Positions 57,072 to 64,000 of a stretch of 64,000 bases of DNA are shown here, in pieces; position 1 is the first letter of the stretch, and each line of letters opens with the position of its first letter. Under the pieces are notes generated by a model. That model was not told the origin of the DNA and did no database searches. It saw only the letters and a program-made list of their open reading frames with translations. The position numbers and the translations under genes are program-made. Source of the stretch: Eledone cirrhosa (Eukaryota); NCBI GenBank assembly GCA_964016885.1, contig OZ024749.1, forward strand, positions 16,554,001 through 16,618,000, in the 5' to 3' direction.

Positions 57072-57072
<1 letters not shown>
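56134..57072 (-). mobile_element. Retrozyme-like element, family F: ~1.6 tandem 459-bp units plus an inverted arm
   Basis: ataagttgtaatataatgaaacg at 56134 and 56593; 56887-57072 is inverted to ~56650-56843. Confidence 0.82.
56431..56473 (-). ncRNA. Minimal hammerhead ribozyme, family F
   Basis: Reverse complement acggtg CTGATGA tagct-aaca-agctt GAAA ctag TA catcgt. Confidence 0.85.
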
Positions 57073-57107
<35 letters not shown>

Positions 57108-57120
57108 TATATATATATAA

Positions 57121-57375
57121 ATATTGTTATACTTTGGGAAGGTCATGTTGCCAATAAGAAACACACGCACCAGTTGCTTTCACTTCAATTTATTATAATA
57201 AATTTATAAATTTAGGAATTTGTAAATTTCCGGTTGGTTGGTTCCACAACCAGATGGTTGTTTATATATTGTCAAAGTTATTTCGTCACACATTCTGTGA
57301 CCTCTTCAGTGACTGGGGATTCTTTTCTTTGTTTTTGTGCCTCTCCTTTGTTCTGTCCTACGCCATCTTGTTTCT
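57121..57375 (-). mobile_element. Family C element lacking the 3' extension
   Basis: Matches 6224-6464 and the reverse complement of 6473-6500. Confidence 0.8.
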
Positions 57376-58580
57376 GTAGCGGCCAATAGTGGTATAAGCT
57401 CTCTGTACTTTTTCCATCCCGTTCTGACTCTAGCTACTGTACTTTCAGAGCACCCTCCCCCACTGCTGATTTTGTCACCCAGGTAATGGAAGGTGTCCAC
57501 TATTTCTATAGAACCATCTGTGCAATGGAATGAGCTAGTATTCTGTGGGCACTTATTGCACCAGAGCACCGGACATATATAAAATCTATATTCTTAGTTA
57601 GCTTACCTGTGATCCCACTACATCTTTTATGCACCCATACTTTGCATTTGGGACATAACATGGAGTTTCTTCCTACTCCTTTCCTACACACTGAGCATGG
57701 CCATTTCCCAGATCGGACCGGTGCCCTATTTTCCTTCCTACAAACTAGAACTTTAGTCTTAGACAAGTTAACTTTAAGGCCTTTTGATTCTAGTTCAGCC
57801 ATTGATTCAGCTATGAGCATTAGATCATCTGCATATAGGAGTTCCCATGGGCAGCCGGTCTTGAACTCCTTTGTTATAGCCTGAAGGGCAATAATAAATA
57901 GTAGGGGGCTAAGAACGGAGCCCTGATGAACACCAACTTTTACTCTAAACTCTTCACTATATTTGTTGTTAATTCTAACCTTGCTGACTGTTTCTTTATA
58001 CATGGCTTGTATAGCTCTCACAAGCCATTCATCAACACCTAGTTTTCTAAGTGCCCACCAGATAATGGAGCGGGGGACTCTGTCAAAGGCTTTCTCCAAG
58101 TCAACAAAAGGTAAGTATAAGGGTTTACTTTTAGCTAGGTACTTCTCTTGTAGTTGTCGTACAATGAAAAGAGCGTCTGTGGTACAAACCCGAACTGCAT
58201 TTCATCTAGATCAATTCGTTCTCTGATTAGTTGCGCTATTACTTTTTCTGTGACCTTCATGACCTGGTCGATTAATTTAATGCCTCTATAGTTACCCCCA
58301 TCAAGAGCATCTCCTTTACCCTTGTAGCAGTTAATGATTATGCTGCTACGCCAGTCCTTCGGAACGGCCCCATTCTGTATGACTTGGTTTACTATCCGGG
58401 TGACCATAGTGTGTCCCACCGTTCCAGATGCTTTCAGCATTTCAGCAACTATTTCCGAAGGCCCGGCCGCCTTACCCATCTTCATATCTTTGATTGCCTT
58501 ACTTATACTACCTTCAACTCGCACTGCTGGTCCCTCTATTGGATCGATATGGGGGAGACTGTCTTTCTCCCATTTATTCT
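57376..58580 (-). mobile_element. RTE family 2 RT region with PHD-like insert, decayed
   Basis: NYRGIKL, EKAFDRVPR, GVHQGSVLSPLLF, LLYADD, WPCSVCRKGVG..CPKCKVWVHKRCSG. Confidence 0.88.
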
Positions 58581-58605
58581 CCTATATATATATATATAAA
58601 TATAT

Positions 58606-58965
58606 GACCAAAGAATAATATGGTTCGTTGATTACTCAATGAATACAATTTTACAATAGATTAGAAGCACTCAACAGCATACGTTTCCCTGGAGTTTTTA
58701 ATATTATTCAAAATATTAACAAATGAAAAATATTCTCATAATCAAAATATATACTTTATTATATATATTTCAGAGGTACTGTGTTGTTTTTTCAGTACGT
58801 CCTCATCAGACAAAATATATGATATGATATATGACATACCGCTACGGTCTTGATTACACAATTCAAGTATTGTACTCCGGAGTAAACAAACCAACCCGCA
58901 TACTTCGTCAAGTGCTCCAATCTGCATACTGAGGTGTCGGTAAACAACCAACATATACTCAAAAA
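58606..58965 (-). mobile_element. Family B pLTR with 3' tail and hammerhead (58749-58820)
   Basis: Reverse complement atatattttgt CTGATGA ggacgtactg..cagtacctct GAAA tatata TA ataaagtatat; 11-bp helix I. Confidence 0.8.
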
Positions 58966-58992
58966 ATATATATATATTTATATAAATATATA

Positions 58993-60329
58993 CTAGCTGG
59001 CCCGTCCTGCTGGTGCCGGGCTAGGTGTACCGGCATTTAATCTTTTCATGAATCCCCCTACACTCCAGTGCAAAGATACTGCATGCCCTCTCAAGTCAGC
59101 GAAGGGGGTGGGGGTTAACGTGCTCTGATGTTGGGTTTGAACAGTTTTTAGGATTCCCCAGTTCAGCAGCCAGTACGTTAAAGAAAGTTGATAGTTACAA
59201 CAATAAAAGCTGAACAGAGAACACATTTTTTAACAAACAATAATTTGTACAACCATAATGGAAATTCCAAGTAACTTAAAATATTTAAATTACATTGTTG
59301 GAGCCTCAGAGTATACAATATTTTTTGTTCGGCCCTTCGGAGCAAAGTTGAAGAGATTGTTTGGCGAGCTAACCCTAGAGCATCCTACATACAATTGACC
59401 ATGGGATAATCACTGATTTCGTAGCTCGTCTCGCGGAGAAGATCTGTAGACGTTGACCTCTGGACACTTCTGTCAGGAGCAGGTAAGCTGTAGTGACTTA
59501 GAGGCCTACCATCAATGTCCAGGACACTGTTTTCAAGACAAATGAGCACCTCATTGAAAATGACATCGTATGTTACGTTTGGATTGCCTCTACGTGTGTG
59601 GTGGAGGATGTCCTCAGCTAGAATTTCGCAGTGGTTGTTTCACATTGCGAGAGGGTCGGCGAGATCACAGTTGTGCAGTATAATAGCAAAGGTGTTAGCA
59701 GCTGAGAAGGGAGTTTAGCAGCTGCTGCTTCTTGCAGGGTGAGGTGCCAATTGCTGTCATTGTGTAACATACCACGCATCTGGCAAGCCAAACGGTAAGT
59801 GGAACATTGATGGCCATTGATGGTTCTCAGATCTTGGAAAGACTGTGGTCCTCTAACCTCGAACAGTAACAATGACGATAAGCCGTCTGTGCTTTCGTGA
59901 AAAAAATAGGTTTTTGTTTTTGTGTATGCAAACATATCTGTACACGAATATATATATTAAAATAACAGATTAAAGTTTAAGCAAAGAATCGCTGCTTTCA
60001 CCCTTAACGGAATCTTCTGAAACTAAAAAAATCAGTCTGTGAATACAGAAGTAAATATTTTGAAAAACGTTATCTAATGCAGACAGCCAGACATACAGAC
60101 TAAGAAAAAGAGGGGAATGTTGTGCGACATCATAAGAAAAAGTGTTGACATTTGAAATTTTAAAGAAATGAATATTTAAATAATGTCTTTAATCTTTTAA
60201 CAAAATTCAGTAGACAAAAGTACCCTCACTTTTTTACTTGGAAAAAGTGACATCTATGGAACAAATTTGGTGCAGTCGTTTGGTGGAAAGTTTGTTACCT
60301 ACATACGGCTGTCAGCTTTATAGTATAGA
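58993..60329 (-). mobile_element. Internally deleted Helitron with both termini
   Basis: 5' TC(TATACTATAAAG), 3' GCCCG..CGGGC hairpin then CTAG, inserted between A and T; RepHel remnants VRGPQSFQDLRTING..ACQMRGML and SHGQLYVGCSRV..TKNIVY. Confidence 0.88.
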
Positions 60330-61059
60330 TATATATATATATATATTTATATATACAACACATATATACAATCAAATGGTATTTACAACATTTGATAGTT
60401 TACGATTGTTTCATCCAGATATAATCAATGGAGGTATAGGTTATAGATATGGTTATGGAAGGCCTTGATACATAAATTGCCATGGTTATTAATTATAGCA
60501 AAATATTATAGCAAGAATATCAATTACAATAGAATTACAAAAGACTCACCTTGCATAAGTTTAAAGCGAAACCTAGTCATTAGGCACCTCCTAAACAAAT
60601 ATACACCCCCATACACCCCCCTTTCTCTGTAAAGTTATGTTGGTACCACAACATCCAGTCCTAAATAAATGTGGTTGTGTAGGTGTCACAACAAAAAAAC
60701 ACAGTCCAAGCTGTAATGTGGCCGTGTAGGTAACACGGTAAAAACCTCTCAGTCCACACTGTAAACGTGGTTGGTGTTAGGAAGGGCATCCAGCCGTAGA
60801 AAACCTGCCATATAGTCCTATACAAGCGAGACACGGTCACCCGACCAATCTTGCCTCAAGTGGGACAATTCTCGTCTAAACCCATGCTAGCGTGGAAGAT
60901 AGACATTAAACGATGATGATGATATATATATATATAAATATCTATGATGGCTGCCCCCTCGTTATCGAGTATGGCCATTGCACGAGAAGAAGAAGAAAAA
61001 AACATAATAATAATAATAATAATAATAACAACAAGCAATATATATAATCTAAGTAGAAT

Positions 61060-62548
61060 GGTATAATGAAAGCATATAATGTAGGTACAGCAGTATTCAC
61101 ATAAATTACTACAAAGGTAAAGGGGATGCTCTGGAGAGGAGCAATTATATAGGGGCATAAAGCTGATGGATCAGGTTATGAATGTGGCAGAGAGAATATT
61201 AGCGGAACTGATTAGAGAAAGGGTCAATTTAGATGAGATGCAGTTTGGTTTTGTGCCTGGGAAAAGTACAACAGATGCCCTCTTCTTGGTGAGACAATTA
61301 CGAGAAGAATAAGCCACTATACTTAGCTTTTGTTGATCTAGAGAAGGCCTTTGACAGGGTACCCCTATCTGTCATCTGGTGGTCTCTAAGGAAACTAGGT
61401 GTAGAGGAATGGCTTGTGAGGACAGTGCAAACTTTGTACAGAGGTGCTGTCAGTAAAGTGAGGGTATGAATAGAGTTTGGTGAGGAATTCCAGATACAAG
61501 TAGGTGTACATCAAGGTTCGGTCCCAGCCAGCTCTTGTTCATTATAGTGCTCCAAGCCATAACAGAGGGGATTAAGACTGGATGCCCATGGGAACTTCTT
61601 TATGCTGATGATTTGTTTCTTATAGCAGAATCAGTACAGGAGCTAGAGAATAAATTCTGCCTATGGAAACAGCAGTTGGAATCAAGAGGACTGAGAGTGA
61701 ACATAGCTAAAACAAAAGTGTTGATGAGTAGAAAAGAGGACAAAACTCTGATTCCATCAGGGAAATGGCCATGTTCGATATGCAGAAAAGGAACTGGCAT
61801 AAATTCCATAAAATGTACGCAATGCAGATGTTGGGTACACAAGAGATGTAGTGGGATAGCAGGCAAACTAACAGGTAGGGAAAACTATGTATCCAATAGA
61901 TGTACAGGGAAAGTTGGCAGTAGTAATCGCAGTGATAGATAGATTTTTCAAATACAGGTGGGTTCTATAGATGTGGTTGATAGCTTCCGGTACCTAGGTG
62001 ATCAGATTAGCATGGGAGGGGGGTGTTCCGAGGCCATAGTATCCAGAATAAGGACAGGTTGGAAGAAGTTTAGGGAGCTGCTTTCTCTATTGACAAAGAA
62101 GGGTTTCTCCCTGGATACGAAAGGACGGTTGTATGATGCCTGTGTGAGATGTGCAATGCTGCATGGTAGTAAGACATGGGCAGCAACTACAAAGGATATG
62201 TGACGGTTGGAGAGAAATGAAGCATGCATGCTCCGTTGGATGTGCAATGTCAATGTGCGTGAACGACCAAGCATAGATGAGTTGAGAAAGAAACTGGGTA
62301 TAAGAGGGATAAGTTGTGGTGTGCAGGAGAGAAGACTGAGATGGTATGGACATGCGATGTGCATGGAGGATGACCGCTGGGTAAAGATGTGCCAAGAAAT
62401 CCCAGCAGAAGGAAGACGCAGAAGAGGTAGACCACGAAAAACATGGGCGGAGGTGGTGAGAGAAGACATCAGATCGCTGAAATTCACCGAGAAGATGACG
62501 GAGAACCGTGACAACTGGAGAGATGGTTTCAACAAGATTGGGTGGTGA
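61060..62548 (+). mobile_element. RTE family 2 RT and C-terminus, decayed
   Basis: FVDLEKAFDRV, WELLYADD, WPCSICRKG..CTQCRCWVHKRCSG, FRYLGD, RRLRWYGH, GRPRKTW. Confidence 0.9.
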
Positions 62549-62639
62549 AAGTTATAGTTTTTGTAGTAGAATCTCATCACATACTTATATCTAATCACAT
62601 AAGGTTCCTTCAAAGACTCTTCTAGAGTTACAAAGTCAT

Positions 62640-62945
62640 TTATATATATTGTGTGTTTTGAACAATGAAAATAAAACTAGAGACAAAGATATGTTCTTAA
62701 TTAGTTCATTGTTTTACGATCATTTCAGAGGTTTGATTGATCATGGTAGATTAATATATTGACAAACAGGTAGTTGTTATGTCACTAACTATTTCTAGTC
62801 TCAAAATCCCTGCTCAATCACAACGTATCAATATATTGATTTACCATGATCAATCAACCCCCTGAACTGATTGTAAAACAATGAACCATATCTCAGACTT
62901 TTGTTTTATTTTCAATGTTCAATACCCACAAACACACATATATAA
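62640..62945. mobile_element. MITE-like imperfect inverted repeat
   Basis: gttcattgttttac..ttgattgatcatggta.at.aatatattga (62704-62762) is inverted to 62828-62886; related piece at 63550-63645. Confidence 0.6.
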
Positions 62946-63009
62946 TTGACAATTTCTTTGGAATAATTGATAAGACTCGTAGCTGGAACAAAGTACCAGC
63001 CAGACAGAG

Positions 63010-64000
63010 GGTGACCTAGTGGTGAAACAGCACAGTAGATAGAGCTATTAACTTACATTACTCTATATTTACTATATATTTTCATGGTAAAGTTTTTATC
63101 TCACATAATATTGAATCTATGAGACTTTGATATTACTTATTTTGAGGACAATACATTAACATCAATATGAGCTGCGAGTTACAGCCGGTTTGAACAGAAA
63201 GAGGTGAAAGAATTCTGGCTGGATACGGCCAGTTTAAATGCTAAAGGGTTAAAGATAAGTGACAGGCATGGAAAGACTGGAAAAATAGGGGTATCAGACC
63301 AGGACCAGGTAGCTAAGAGAGAAGCTAAAAGACAGGTATACATAACAGAGAGAGAGGCTGAAAAAGAAAGCTTGCCATTGTCTTGAGATGTGAGAATCAG
63401 AGGTGTGAAGTGTTCCACATTGCAAGACAGGGAAAGGTGTGTTAGAAATGACACTGGTACACTTAGCACCACTGATGCTAAAAAAAATGAGGCCTGGAAA
63501 TGTTACTATGAGAGATTGATGAATGTAGAGAATAAATTAAGAAGCAATCCTAGACTTTTGTTTTATGTTCATTGTTCAACACATACACATATAAATGACA
63601 TTCTCTTTGGAATTAATGATGAAACTTGTTAGTGACACAACTACAAGAGAGGTTCCTAGCCAAGATTAAGCTGCAATGTTTAGCTTTTATAGATCTAGAA
63701 AAGGCCTTTGGCAGAGTACCTTACTCTGTTATCTGGTGGTCCTTCAGAAAATTAGGTGAAGAATGGCTTGTGAAAGCAGTGGAACTGTCAGTAAAGTGAG
63801 AGTAGGAAGGGAGTTTAGTGAAGAATTCAATGTACAGGTAGGTGTTCATCATGGTTCAGTTCACAACCCACTGCTATTCATCATAGTTCTCCAGACCATA
63901 ACTAATGAGATTAAGACTGGCTGTTCACGGGAAACAGTCTATGTGAATGATCTGGTCCTTATAGCTGACTCCATAAAAGAACTAGAGAATAAGTGACCCT
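63010..64000 (+). mobile_element. Highly decayed RTE family 2 fragments
   Basis: AKREAKRQV, WKCYYERLMNVEN, FIDLEKAF, VGVHHGSVHNPLLFII. Confidence 0.7.

Noticed and set aside
60543-60552. Minus-strand AG|GTGAGT donor as an upstream exon end of the zinc-finger gene
   Set aside because: A lone 8-mer with no supporting exon evidence

Overview
AT-rich, microsatellite-dense animal DNA. The SINE families and C2H2 finger style point to a coleoid cephalopod, most likely Octopus (inference). Almost all of the window is repeats. The one clear host locus is a minus-strand C2H2 zinc-finger array (47750-49411) broken by duplicated frameshifts. Mobile elements: two Penelope-like elements (RT plus C-terminal GIY-YIG; 33045-36360 and 52153-56081), a near full-length RTE LINE with C-terminal C2H2 fingers and its bipartite non-autonomous derivative, several decayed copies of a second RTE family with a PHD-like insert, a Vingi-like LINE, L1/Tx1, RTE-X and CRE-like fragments, a Helitron with both termini, two tRNA-derived SINE families and a 3.3-kb 48-bp satellite grown from a TTAA-CCC transposon end. 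The most striking signal is about 20 minimal type I hammerhead ribozyme motifs or decayed motifs in roughly eight sequence families. They sit in the 3' repeats of the Penelope-like elements and in small non-coding fold-back elements, two of which are tandem or circularly permuted (retrozyme-like). Covariation is visible by eye and three families share a C-C mismatch in helix II. All calls come from manual reading; no searches or folding programs were run and boundaries are approximate.
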